A DNA stretch of 64,000 bases from Epiperipatus broadwayi. Its lineage: Eukaryota > Animalia > Onychophora. Location: contig JAQFVV010000005.1 of the NCBI GenBank assembly GCA_028023455.1, forward strand, positions 15,872,001 through 15,936,000. Reading direction: 5' to 3'. Both the position numbers and the translations under genes were made by a program. Positions 13,591-26,069 of the stretch are shown piece by piece. Numbering within the stretch: position 1 is the stretch's first letter; the number at the start of each line of letters is the position of its first letter. The notes beneath the pieces were generated by a model, which did no database searches, had not been told where the DNA came from, and saw only the letters and a program-made list of their open reading frames with translations.

Positions 13591-14343
13591 TTAAACTATG
13601 TCAGGCGGTTCCTTCTTTCTTTCTACTAATTTTATAATATAAATCATACTCCATATTATCACTTCTATTTCTTGATTAAAATCTATTTTATCTCTTTCTC
13701 TTTCCGTTCTATTTTCTGCCTTGTAAATTAGAAAACTTTTAAGCTTTACAGATCTCCGTATTTTTCCTAATCGTGAATATTTTTTCCTACGCTTCCTCTT
13801 TGTTTTAAATCTACGTCTACAGCGAATGTGAACATTTACTTTAACCTTTTTAAATTTTTGTAAAAACTTTTCTACACTATCTACTACCTTGAACTTATGT
13901 TTTTCTTCTATTTCTTGATCTACATTTGTGTCTACTTTATTTATCACAACGCTATCTGATTCTAATTCAATTTCTATGTCTTTTATCACCTCAACTTCCT
14001 TTTCAACTTCCTGACTTTCTTTAATTAAATCTAACTCTATAACTTCTTGGTTCTTCTCTACCTTTACTGTTATCTCACATCTTATTTCTCTTACTTCTGC
14101 TCTGAGTTCTTTAATTTCTGTTTTAACCTGACTAATTTCTTCCTTCAATTCTGCTTTGAGTTCTAACTGACTTTGTTCAAATTTCAGACACAATTCTTGT
14201 TGACTTTGTTTAAATTCTTGACGCATTTCTTCCATCATATTCATCATCATTCGCGTCTCAGAAACTTCTTCTTTCTCCTTTTCTACTAACTGGGAATTTT
14301 TAAAATATATTGGGCTTTCTTTCGGATCCATTTCTTTATTCAT
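13591..14343 (-). CDS. Gag-like coiled-coil protein (250 aa) of the LTR element
   Basis: Intact ORF starting ~330 nt downstream of the PBS. Heptad-rich EL/EI/EV N-terminus, acidic middle, basic KRKRRKK patch. Gag assignment rests on position, not on a recognised domain. Confidence 0.6.
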   Translation of the reverse strand: MNKEMDPKESPIYFKNSQLVEKEKEEVSETRMMMNMMEEMRQEFKQSQQELCLKFEQSQLELKAELKEEISQVKTEIKELRAEVREIRCEITVKVEKNQEVIELDLIKESQEVEKEVEVIKDIEIELESDSVVINKVDTNVDQEIEEKHKFKVVDSVEKFLQKFKKVKVNVHIRCRRRFKTKRKRRKKYSRLGKIRRSVKLKSFLIYKAENRTERERDKIDFNQEIEVIIWSMIYIIKLVERKKEPPDIV

Positions 14344-14674
14344 AGTTACGCTATTACTTTGTATTTTTTAAATTATATTTTGTAAAATCGAATTGTTTAT
14401 TTATTTTTCTTACTAAGACGGAAACTCATGCTAACTCCACCCTTTTAGTCCTTTTCACTACCTGATCTAATGCTTTACCTCCGCCCATAATATCTATTTG
14501 ACTCTGATTTGATAGAATAAATGTCAAAATCTCTTTTCATTTCGAAAAAAAATTTCGGTCAATTCTTTTTTTTTTTTTAAAAAAATTAAAACACTTTTAC
14601 ATACATAATTTAACTTTTTAGATTTTTTATTTTCAACAAGAACAAAGTATTTAATTAACTGTCATTTATGACAA

Positions 14675-14699
14675 GTTCGGCCCATGTTGGGTAAAGCCA
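14675..14699 (-). promoter_or_regulatory. Primer-binding site resembling tRNA-Lys (Lys1,2-type)
   Basis: TGGCTTTACCCAACATGGGCCGAAC versus the known Lys PBS TGGCGCCCAACGTGGGGC; lies 2 nt after the LTR terminal CA. Confidence 0.55.
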
Positions 14700-14933
14700 T
14701 TTGAACCGTGTTCGAATATGATAACCTTCTTTTATTTCGCATACAAAATTAGTACATTTAAGGCATTATTAAACCTGACATATCAATTAAATAATGAATA
14801 ATATTTTTGTAATGTAATTTTCACTACCCTACTCATGCAAAGTAGTGATTGGTTTCTATCAACTTTTAACACCTTGCGGAGGGATGTAATCATAAACATA
14901 TGACCAAAGACATGTGAAAAAGATCTATGATCT

Positions 14934-14975
14934 TCAAAATGCATATTTTGTGCTGAACCAGCACTCATCAGTTGG
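14934..14975 (-). ncRNA. Degenerate type I hammerhead ribozyme motif (family A)
   Basis: CCAA CTGATGA GTGCTG gtt CAGCAC AAAA tatgca TT TTGA; G12 is mutated. Confidence 0.6.
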
Positions 14976-15391
14976 CCCAGACCACAATATCTTACTCATA
15001 TCTTTATTATTGTTCAGTATATATATATATAGATAGAAAATTACTACAGTTTAATTGATAAAAGTGTCAAATATGCTGTCCTCATAAGTTTGATACAAAT
15101 CCTTTAATGAAAGTATATTAATAATTTTAATTAGTCATTCATTAGACCTAGAGATTATCCAATAATGAATAAAGTTTCTGTAGTGTAATTTTTACTACAC
15201 CACTCTCATGGAAGAGAGGGACTGGTTTCTATCCCTTTTAACGCCTTGTGGAGGGGTGTAATTAAAAACCTATGACCAAAGACATGTGAAAAAGATCTAT
15301 GATCTCCAAGATACACATTTGACACTTATCAAATAAACTATAGTATATACTGAACAATGATAAAGATATATGTAAGAGATTGTGGTTTGGG

Positions 15392-15433
15392 CCAACTGAT
15401 GAGTGCTTATTCAGAATGAAATGTGCATCTTGG
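15392..15433 (+). ncRNA. Type I minimal hammerhead ribozyme motif, core intact (family A)
   Basis: CCAA CTGATGA GTGCT tattc AGAAT GAAA tgtgca TC TTGG. Stem I is 4 bp, stem II has one mismatch, stem III is near-palindromic, AUC cleavage triplet. Confidence 0.7.
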
Positions 15434-16890
15434 GAATTATAGATTGATACTTTTCACATGTATTTGGTCATATGTTTATGATTACATCCTTCCACAAGGT
15501 GTTAAAAGCAGATAGAAAACAGTCCCTATCTTGCATGGTAATGGTGTAGTAAAAATTACACTATAGAAAGATTATTTATTATTGGATAATCTCTAGTCTA
15601 ATGAATGAGCGATAAAAAAATTTAATGTACTTATAAATTGGTTTTGAAAAACTACTGCTTTCTCCAAAAAATCAACTGTAATAAGTTATATATTAGAATT
15701 GTTTTTAATATTTTTATCTTTATTTTTCTTTTATTAATGCAAATATGAACTACTGTACATATGTAATATTTTAACCTTTTAAAGACTACTTATTTTTGTT
15801 AATTGCAACTTACTTGAATTTTTTGTTTTACTTTCCAAGTTGTTTGATGAACTTGCTCCATATTATTCTGCCATCTAGTGATAAATTACTGCAAAATAAA
15901 CATCCTTCACTCCAGACAAACAAAAGAAAATGTAGGTTTTCTCAGGAAGTATGTTGGAATTTCATGCAAGATTAGAATGAGATTAGAAGTCCGGGTTAGG
16001 ACAAAGGAAGACGGGATTTCAGAGATGTTTGCCAGTCTTACAATGGTTACACATTTTGATATATTTTTACAAAAATAAAAAATAGTAGTAAAAAAAAAGA
16101 AAAAAACTCAGTTAAAAATAGACTTTTTAAATGGTTTATAAATTATTTTCAAACCATCTTCAGTTTTTTCACGTTACTCAGGAAATCTTGTGACGATCAA
16201 GCACCAAGTTGGAGTAAGCTAAGCACAATTCCGGTCAGAAACATCAACTGCCAGTTTTTTCTTGTTGCCTCTGCCAAAATCTTTAGCTCTTAAGTCTGCA
16301 ACTGGGCTGACTACTCAGGACAGTCATATGATACATATAATACAGAATATCAGAGTGTATGTGCATGTGTAGAGTTTAGTTATGTGTTAGTGTGTGCATT
16401 TATGTATAAATGTAGACAAACAACTGACAAAATCTTAACAATAATTAATTACAGAACCGTACACTCCTATATATAACACATGCTTGTATACAATTATGTT
16501 AAGTTAAAAAAAAATAGTACTTTTTAAAACTACAGACAAATCAAAAATTAATCTATTTTTAATGAGTTATTTAATTACTTTGCAAAATAAAATGAGGAAT
16601 TGATAAAATTCATGTGATCTTCATTCCAGGCAAATAGAAATCAAAAATTAAAAAAAAAAAAATCACAATGTTAAAAATTAGAATTTTCTCAAGATAATTT
16701 CAGATCAGAGTTTTGTTTAAAAACAAACCTCTGTACAACGCCAAAGAATATTTAAAAATAAATTTTACAGTGGAGCTGCACTTTCTGCTATATTTCATTC
16801 TGAAGCCCTCTTTAAGCACATCATACATTGCCTGTAATAATGCACATGTGTTAATAAGCTTTGATTATAGTAGAATACAAATTATTTCTC

Positions 16891-16970
16891 TGCATGATTT
16901 AGTGTAGCAATAGAGGGGTCAGACTCTGGAATATAAGGTTCCCAAATTAATTCCAGTTCTGGCACATGTG
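16891..16970 (+). mobile_element. tRNA-derived SINE-like family S3, degenerate
   Basis: tgcatgatttagtgtagcaatagaggggtcagactctgga... aligns by eye with copies at 36876, 41376, 42518 and 60038. Confidence 0.45.
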
Positions 16971-17389
16971 GAATTTGAAATTTTTAAGAACTCCCAAGCA
17001 ATAAAGCCATTCAATTAAAAAATACCTATTATTTACCGAACTACCCAAGTGTAATAAACATGCATATATATATATATATATATGTAACATAGACACTCTT
17101 CTATGTTCATAGTATGCATATATAAAGTAAAATTATAGTATAAACAAAAATTTTAAAACGGTAATTATTAATAATATATTGTGAGAGTATATTTACATAT
17201 ATATATGTTCACTCATTTGTATTTATTCAAAATGTAATCTTACTATATATCATATCTTCATTTTTAAAAATAAAATGAACAGCTGAATGTCAGACTTTCA
17301 TCACAATTAAATATGCTCCAAAAACTTGAGCTGAGTCAAGCCACTATGAAAAAATTTATTCTTAAACCAAAACAAAACAAGTTTTATAT

Positions 17390-17530
17390 ACATAAAAACC
17401 TGCTATCGCTTGTATTAATGATCAATAGGATGGAGCAAAATGAAAGAGACAGTGAATATTGACTCTGACATTTATGTAAACAAATACGCTTGTTTGGAGG
17501 TCTTGGTAAAGCTCCATCTATTGATCATAT
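17390..17530. repeat. Rearranged fragment of repeat family E with internal inversion
   Basis: gcaaaatgaaagagacagtg...aaagctccatctattgatcat is near-identical to 52517-52610. 17395-17440 is the reverse complement of 52590-52635. Confidence 0.9.
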
Positions 17531-18337
17531 ATATATATTCTAACTTAATAGCACTGAATTAACTTTCAGGATTTCTCACCAGAATCATAGTACAAAGAGC
17601 AGGCTGACTATATAGTTTATAAAATATGCAAATTATTGCAACAAGGAATGTAAATTATAAATGTCAGATGTTTCTTTTTTTTTTTTACAAAGAGATGCAA
17701 AACTCTTTCTTATTGAGTGAATTAAGATCTCTTACAATAACCCATGCCTTCTTCATCTTTGATCATCCCTCTCGGTGCAGATGCAGATGGTCTTAATAAT
17801 AGAAGGGAAACATGTCTTGTAGCAAGCTCCAGGAAAACTGACTTATATTGTCAGTCTTGTTTTGCCTTCTTATATGCTCTAGATGCTATCATTTTTCTTC
17901 AATTCCTAAGGAAATGATATGGCATTCTCATTATTAGCAGACTACAACCTCCCCAGTTGTTTTGATGTAAACTGAAGAAATAATATTAATAAATATAATT
18001 GCAAATGGTGCTCTAAGACAAAAATATGGCTGTTGCCATTTTGTAAAATTCATTAAATGTACAAATTATATTATTTTTACTTTTTGCTTATTTACATTAT
18101 TTGAATAACATAATTGAAGTAGCGTATATTGATACAGCATATATCAAGACTTCACTATAATTGGCTATGATGACATACTCTAGGTAATAAATTAATAAGC
18201 TTAATTTTTTTTAAAAAAACAAAACGCCTTATTAAAAATACTAAGATATAATTTAAATTTAATATTCATCTCTCAAATGATAAATAATAATAAAAATAAT
18301 CCCAAGAACAACATATCCAACTTACCAAACAGTAGTG

Positions 18338-18441
18338 GTCAAGCATCGATGGTCAAGAGGTCAGTGACAGCTGCTTTACAAGCAGTTGTCCCGGGTTAGT
18401 GGGTTTGCTTCCCAGCTGATGCTGCAACACATGAGAAAAAT
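18338..18441 (+). mobile_element. tRNA-Gly-derived SINE S1 with 11 bp TSD
   Basis: aaacagtagtg at 18327-18337 and 18442-18452. Starts gtcaagcat and ends acatgagaaaaat. Confidence 0.85.
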
Positions 18442-19702
18442 AAACAGTAGTGATATTCTAGCTCAAATGAAAATTTTTCCAATAATGTATATATTCTTTA
18501 ACATTCAACGGACCATATTGATAGTATTTAAATAAAAAAGAAGCTGTTTGTCTGATGTGAGATCAAGTCTTTTCTATGGCAGTGGAACAAAGATGATTAA
18601 ATCAGAACTACATCTTAGAGATTGGCTCAATTTTTATATTTCAATATGGATAAAATATGACTGTAGACAGCACTTTGAAGATTTTACTTTTTTCAATATG
18701 TTTTCTAGTATTTACAATCCTGTTATGCATTTATTATATATAGAGAGAGACCTATCAATCCATCATTTTTTAAGGAATCAGAAAATATAAATAATAGATA
18801 GAATATTAATCTTTTAGAAGTTGTAGATAAGAAGCAATCACTGAAATACAGCATCCTTAGAATACAAATTCATTTAAAATCTTCTGCACTTACTATTCGC
18901 TAAATGTATATGTATATAAATATAACTTTACATGGCGTTTCTCAGTAAAAGGCTAACTGATGATTAATTCTCTCTTTAAGAATCTAGCAGTACCATCTGT
19001 GAGTTATTATATATATATATATATTATGTAGTGTGTAATAGTTTAAATATTTGCCATAACAATTTTAAAGTGCTAATATATCTAGAGTGTGTGTGACAAC
19101 ATGAAATATGATGGTGTGTCTCATACCTTAACCCACAAAGGAACAATATATTAACATCAAATTTTCTTTTAAATTGACAAAACTATTTAAATGATGAAAT
19201 GATTTAAACAGTGTATGGCAATGAAGACATGAGTTACAAGAACATTTTCAAGTGGTAAGATTTCATGATGGTAGGGAGAACATAGAAAACAATCTGTCAC
19301 CTTTCAAGTAATAATTCATGTTTCAGACATGTTAGTGATTTAAATTTTCTATAATGGACAGCTAAACTATATTATTACATAACATGTGTGTTGATTTAGA
19401 ATTGATGCTAGAGACAGCTTGGAGAGACAATAAGTCACTTTTTCAATGGAGTAGACTATATAATACAATAATTGCACATGTTTAAAAAATTAGAGTTAAT
19501 ATTAATTATATATAAACATGAGATTTTTTTTTTTGAAAAAAAATCTTATCTAATCATTAAGTTATTATAAAAAGTAAAAAATAAATAAATTAATATTCAT
19601 TTGCTTATAAAACATTTTACCACTTCAATTATCTCTGAAAATATTAACATTTTTAACAGAACGTTAAAAAAAACCAACAAAATCTCTTTTTGTTTAAACT
19701 TA

Positions 19703-19754
19703 AGGCAAAACTCTCAATACAGTAGTGCCACCCTGTGCCAACCAGAATAATCAA
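19703..19754 (-). repeat. Short fragment of hammerhead repeat family B
   Basis: ggcaaaactctcaatacagtagtgccac...ccagaataatcaa matches 26085-26125. Confidence 0.7.
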
Positions 19755-22700
19755 CTTATATAAAAAAAGGAGAAATGTTGGGGGGGGGTGTGCAATGGAT
19801 GAAAACTTTTCTAAAGTAAACAACAACAACAAAAAAAAGAAACAATTATTGTATCTTTGAATTACAATAATTAAAAAAGAAATGATATAATTATTGTTGT
19901 TTTTAATAGAAGTGTCAATTAAATTAAAAAAATACTCGTGCATAAAATTTTATATCAAGATCACAATTTGTCAATGATTTATGCCAAAAAAACATGCTAA
20001 TTAAAAAAAAACAATATATGCATTTTTCTATATAACCATATCACTTAGAAAAGCCATTTATACAATTTTTCAGCATGTGATAGTATATTGTCTTTGCTAT
20101 ATATTTATTCAAATTATTCATATGACTTGCAAATAACAAAATCAATAGAATATGAATAATCTGGTGTCAAGACTACAATAGAATTAAGCAGTAACTCTTG
20201 CCTAAGATCTTTAAATGGATCGTAAATGAAAGCAATGATTTATAAAACTGATTATTCATTAATCACCATTCAAACTGTTTATCTTTGTCTGCTGTAATGA
20301 AGTTTATTTAAACTTTTAAGTAGATTCAATTTGTTTTCATCATTGAATTTATTTATAGTGTATTTAAAATTTTAAGACAGTAATTGTATTTTTATTTTTG
20401 CCTAATTGTAATATGACATTGACAACGGATTCCTGATATTAAGCATGAGTTCTATAATATTTGACAATGATGTTTTGTACCCGTCCAGATTCGAGCTGTA
20501 TATTACAGTGTATATATATATATATAAGTTTATTGATCTTATTTAATTTTAATTGACTTGTTTATGGTGAATGGAGATGTGGCAACCATAGTATTCAACC
20601 AACATTCTTATTTATTATTAATATTATCATCAAATTATAAATTGGTTGTATATATAAGTGAATAATAAATAAATACTAGAAAATAATTAAATGAATCATA
20701 AAATAAATCACTTGAATAAAATCATTATTATTATTTACATGTCCATTTCTGCTAATACATTCACCATAATAACTTACTTATTACAAGATTAAATATTTCA
20801 TATATGTTTGTTTATTTATTAGTTTATTGGAATATATTATTAAAAATATTTGCTAAAAAAATATGTATTCATTAGAAGGTATAGAAATATCATGTGAATT
20901 CTTGGTTTTTGGTTGAAAATAAAAAAATAATATTGAAATTGTAAAATAGGATTTTTTTTTAATTGTATCAAATGTTTTCTAAAAGCCTTCATTTTTACTT
21001 GCTGTAAAAAACAATTTTTGTTCGCCAAAGAGTGATCATTGAATACGATTGAACAGTTTGTCTTAATAATATTAACATAAGCAAACAAAGGTTATAAATA
21101 GAACTGAACTGCTTTATTGAACGAACACTTTTACATTTGTCTTTATCAATTTTATTTTAAAAGTGATCGATTTCTAAAACAATGGAAGAATAAAAATTTA
21201 AACTGTCTGCCCATTGAGTAGTTCATTGATGGAATTTCAAGGGGAATAGGAAAATGTATTATAAAAGAAGAAAAAACCCCACCAAAATTCGTTGTATTAC
21301 AAGTAACATATACAATATTCCGTTGTTGAAATCTGGGATTTCATCTATATATTTATGATGAATAGAATCCCCATGATGTATATATGGATATCATATTTTT
21401 GATCAATGCATTTTACAAGATCGATTAATTAAATTTTTATGTGATATTAGGTAATTGAAATTTCACCTTATTGACTTGGAAAAAAGCTAGCATTTAATAT
21501 TTATTTAGACCATAACTGAATTTTGTCAATGAAAGAACACTCTTCATATATCATTAAAAAGAAAAATAATTGTTCCGTGTTGCACGTTTAGTACTTAAGT
21601 ACCAAAAATAATATAGGCAAAGTGCAGATTTTGCATCGACCAAATAACTGTTATTTTAAAAGGTTGGATATATTTATATACTTGAAAGAAAAATATCGGA
21701 ATTTAAGAACAAAAATAATTGAATTCAAGTCCTCGATTATTATTCATATTTGTCTCTTCTCTACCTCAAGAAGGATAATTTCTTTGCATTTGGGATCATA
21801 AACAATAAACCAGGAGCTGTAATGAAATGTAGTGGGTAAAAATGAGAAATAAAACTTTCGATATAGATTGTGTTATATATAATTTTTATTTCAAAGAAAA
21901 ACATGTTTGTTTATCTTTACTTTAAAATATAAAATTTATTCATGAATAAACAATGTGTATTTAGGAGTTGATTGATAAGCTATCTACACAACAAAAAGTT
22001 GGAGAGATTTTTTGGGGGAGGGTTAAACTCTTATTTGATGATATAAATTAATTCCTGACACAATATTATTAAATAGTATTTTTTTTTTAAATTTAACATT
22101 TAACTTAAAGAGATTCATATAGAAGAGTTTAAATACAATCAATTTTATGTTAGTTCAATTATTTATAACATACTAATAGATAAATAAAATCAATTTTATT
22201 TAGTCAAATTTTTGATTATATATTTTATTTAAAGACTAAGGAAGATATCTTGAAATTTCTCCAACAGTTTATATTGTCTATTGTTCTACCACATATTTTG
22301 TGATACACATGTATAAATTTATTTATTATTCATAATTGATTTTTATAGAGTAATAGACTATCAAATTATATTAAAGAGAAATAAAATTTGTACTTTTTAA
22401 CTGGCTATGATTTTAGTCAATTTCATACATTGTTTTTTTATTTTACTTTTATTAATAGTAATAGTAATTTTTATTATAAATTAATAATTTTAAAGTTAAT
22501 TAAAATCTGATAGAGTAGGCTAATTGTTTTATAAGTATACAAACTGATTTATAACAATAAATTTTTATAAAATAAAATGATCTGTCTATATAAGAAAAAC
22601 TTCATTTTTCTTTTGATCATTGAATCATAATCTAAAAATCAAACCAATTTCGGTAAGTGAAATAGGGTTATATACTTGTATATTTTATTATACGATTATT

Positions 22701-22766
22701 GTTAGGTCTAATTAGATATTAAATTTTATATTGTCATTATATTGAAATAGTTGTTTGCTTTGTCAA

Positions 22767-22838
22767 GCATTGGTGGCCTAGTGGTTAGCATAGCTGCCTT
22801 CCAAGTAGCTGGCCCGGGTTCGCTTCCTGGTCAACACA
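22767..22838 (+). tRNA. tRNA-Gly(TCC)-like sequence, retroposed (SINE S1 or pseudo-tRNA)
   Basis: 72 nt with D arm, anticodon stem GCTGC/GTAGC around TCC (22800-22802) and T loop GTTCGCTT. Two acceptor-stem mismatches, an A-rich tail and a 17 bp TSD (22745-22761 / 22854-22870) point to retroposition. Confidence 0.75.
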
Positions 22839-24182
22839 TTTGACATATAAAAAAAATAGTTGTTTGCTTTATGTGAGTTAATACCAGTTATATATATAAT
22901 TTCATTAGTTCATGATTAACTGTTAAGAGCTTGCTTATCTTGTCCAGTTATAAAGATCTTGATAGATTTTATTCTGGCATTAATCAGAATGATCTGAATT
23001 AATTATTTTTAAACTTTTTTGACTTGGATCATAGAATTTATTAATTATTACATTTTAATGCTGAATTAAATAAATGCCAATGATTGTTTTATATAGTTTA
23101 ATTGTTATAAAATCCATTTTAACAATTGATTGACTAGATTTAAAATAGATGGATAGGAATTCAGTAAATATTCAATAGAAACCTACTGTATAATTGATAT
23201 AATTGGATATTATAACTGCAAGATTATCTAATAGATTTATTGATAATGTGTTCTTGTAGAATATTTCATTTTAATATATGACTTAAGCCATAACTGTATA
23301 TTGATACAAAATAGAGTATAGATAAATTATTAATATTATATAACATTTTATTAAACTTAATATGAAGCTGATTAAGGATTTATTTTCATTTAAACATTAA
23401 AAATATTATAAGTTCATAAAACATTCTGTTATCATATTCATTTAGGAACTAGTTTATCTAGGTAGGGAATATCATTAAATTTTAATGTAAATTTACATTA
23501 CTATATGTAATATTTGATTAGTAAAGTATATCAGAACTAAGTTATTTATTGATTTGAATTTGGTTTCATTCAATTATAAATAAAATAAATATTTCAGGCA
23601 TATATCACCATTTAGGACAATGATATATGATTTCACTGCTTATTGTAGTTTATTTTGGGTAATGAATAGATTTGGTGATATTTGAGGTGATGATCTTGTT
23701 TCTTTTCTTTTGTTTTAAGTGCTATCTGAATAAATTAGGTTTTAGTAAAGATTATCATCAGTACTTTAATTTAGTATAGTGGACAATCTAAACAATTATT
23801 TATTGGAAACATTGTTATTGCACAGTGTAACTAATAACTGAGCTAGATAATTTTACACAGGTTATAATAGTAACTGTTTATTGATACAAGGTTTGCTCTG
23901 TTATAAATAATATTTAAACCATAAGGGCATTTCTTCATTATCTTTTATTTAATTTTGTGTCAGTGATAAATGATTGTGTAAAAACCTATGGGGAAGTTTA
24001 TTGTTTCATTACAAATGCTGACCAAACCAGTAGAGAGAGATAATGGGGTAGAGGATAAATTATTATCCCATTAGACAATGGCTACCCAACTGAAGGCTGA
24101 TAATGATCTGTATGGGGCTATTAATTAAGAGTGTAGCATCATTATTATATCATAACAGTTTATATTGAACTTTAGATTTAAT

Positions 24183-25101
24183 TATAGGGGATTTGAACAC
24201 AGACTTTCAATCTCCTTTCAGTTATCCATTCAATCTTATTTAACCAATACATATAACCAAATATCTCCAATATACATATTTCATGCTGAATCAGCATTCA
24301 TCAGTTGGTTCAGATCTTCATCTCCCAAGCACATATATTAACAAGACTCAGTTTATATTAAGAAAGAAAATCTTCAAATTTTAATGGACAGACTTTAATC
24401 TTCTCGACTCTCCAACTCTTCAGCCATCCACATCATTTAAAATATGATGATGGCATATTTAAAATCCTATTTGCTAATTTTGTTGCAATACTCATGTTGA
24501 CCATAAATCATTCTGATCCCTCATATGAAGAACCTTAAGACCATTTAAATATGCAGAAGAGGAAACTTGAAAGTCTACCTTCAAATCCCCCCTAATTGCA
24601 TCTATATTGTATCCAAATATTATGCATTCAGCCTGCATTCTGCCCATCCCTTTTTTAAATATTTAAATTGTCTTAATGTTCTACATATGAGGGTCAGAAT
24701 GAGTTAAGGTCAACATGGGTATGATAACAAAATTGGCCAACAAAGGCTTTTAATATACCCTTATCAGATTTTCTTTGATATGGATGGCTGAAGAGTTGGA
24801 GAGTGGAGAAGATTAAAGTTTGTCTATTAAAGTTTGAGGATTTGCTATCTTAATATAAACAAAGCATTGATTATATGTGTGAGAGATGATGATCTGGACC
24901 AACTGTGAGTGCTAGTTTAGCATGATATATATATATATATATATATATACACATTGGATATATATATATATATATATATATACACATTGGAGATCATTTA
25001 TTTTTTTCATGTGTATGTGGTCATATGTATTAGTTATATAAGATGGAATAGATAGTTGAAAGGGGCTTGAAAGTCTGTGTTCAAATCTCCTCTAATTGCA
25101 T
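24183..25101. mobile_element. Hammerhead-containing family A, diverged subfamily C: divergent inverted pair plus partial tandem (~500 bp period)
   Basis: 24183-24551 is an imperfect reverse complement of 24659-25090. ttgaaagtct...caaatc(c/t)cc(t)ctaattgcat occurs at ~24566 and ~25068. Confidence 0.8.
24267..24308 (-). ncRNA. Type I minimal hammerhead ribozyme motif, core intact
   Basis: CCAA CTGATGA ATGCTG att CAGCAT GAAA tatgta TA TTGG. Perfect 6 bp stem II, 4 bp stem I, AUA triplet. Confidence 0.75.
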
Positions 25102-26069
25102 GAGTTCTGTGATAATTTAGTTTATATATAATTATCAACTGTTTTCCATATATAGTTTATTATATTTGGAGTATTGTATATTAATTTATTTGAATGATTA
25201 TAAAAACGATGGTTTATTAATCTGCTTTTAAATAATTTATTATTACCTATTGTGACTAAATTTATTTATACTCTTAAGTAGATTAATTTTCAATATGTTT
25301 CAGTCATTGCTTTCATTTATATTCTGTTTAAAATTTTTAGATAAGAATAGTTAGTGACTTTCCATTTTCTGTTTAATTGTAGTGTAGCCATGACAACCAA
25401 TTGCCGATATTCTATTGGTTTGTTTAAGGATGAAAATTGTAAGGATGTAACTTACATATAATATCCAGTTAGGTGTTAGCACTGATTGTTTATTATTACA
25501 TTTAATAAAAGATGGTCTGTTTTGTAAATATAAAATAAATTAATTCACCAAATGTAATAAAACATTCACATAAACATTTTCTTAAAATTTTATAATGGCT
25601 AAGTCAATATGAATATATAGCTCTGAATATGGAACCAATGAAAGAAGATGATGAATACCAAAGAATGATATATGCATTTTTAATGAACTGAGAGTACACT
25701 GTATATATAAATATTTGCATATGATTTTTGAATAAAAAACTTTATGTGTATGATTCAAAACTATTTGATTGGTAATTGTACCTAGACATAAATCCTTTTG
25801 AAAGAAATAATGGTTTGCCATATTTTGTTACTAAATATTATAAAAACAACCAAAATTTATTTGGCTAAATAAATGACAATGATTCTATAAAAATATAAGT
25901 AGCTGACATTTTATTGTGACAATGTTTATTGCTTATATTTTTTAAGTAATACAAATGTGAGAGATCTTTAATTTTTTTCTACTAATAATTTTTCCAGACA
26001 GAATTTAATTTATTTAATTCAAATCTAGGTTTTAAAAATGCTCTATAGTCAATTGTAATACCTGGTTAT

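Larger units (their letters stand above)
11699..14745 (-). mobile_element. Non-autonomous LTR retrotransposon (Gypsy-like; Gag-like ORF only; 5' LTR truncated)
   Basis: 3' LTR 12157->11699 (TGTAAT...GGCA) preceded by a PPT. A ~45 bp copy of the LTR end at 14702-14745 ends GGTTCA, then AA and a PBS-like TGGC... One 250 aa ORF; no pol motifs seen. Confidence 0.75.
14782..15640. mobile_element. Hammerhead-containing repeat family A: partial tandem of ~370 bp units (minus) plus an inverted unit (plus)
   Basis: gtaattt(t)cactac...atgaccaaagacatgtgaaaaagatctatgatc recurs at ~370 bp spacing. An inverted copy runs 15330-15640. Homologous to 37800-38510. Confidence 0.85.

Noticed and set aside
11729-14745. 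19 bp direct repeat read as the TSD of an ORF1-only LINE
   Set aside because: The similarity extends to ~45 bp and is bordered by a PBS and a PPT/TG...CA LTR, so an LTR remnant explains it better.
14783-14968. Similar short ORFs at 14783, 37828 and 38146 (MSA.SAQN...) as a peptide family
   Set aside because: They are the hammerhead-strand text of family A repeats; lengths and stops vary and no conserved coding pattern is evident.
21720-21836. Possible plus-strand exon (KDNFFAFGIINNKPGAVMKCS)
   Set aside because: Weak donor (gtaaaa), short, no recognisable homology.
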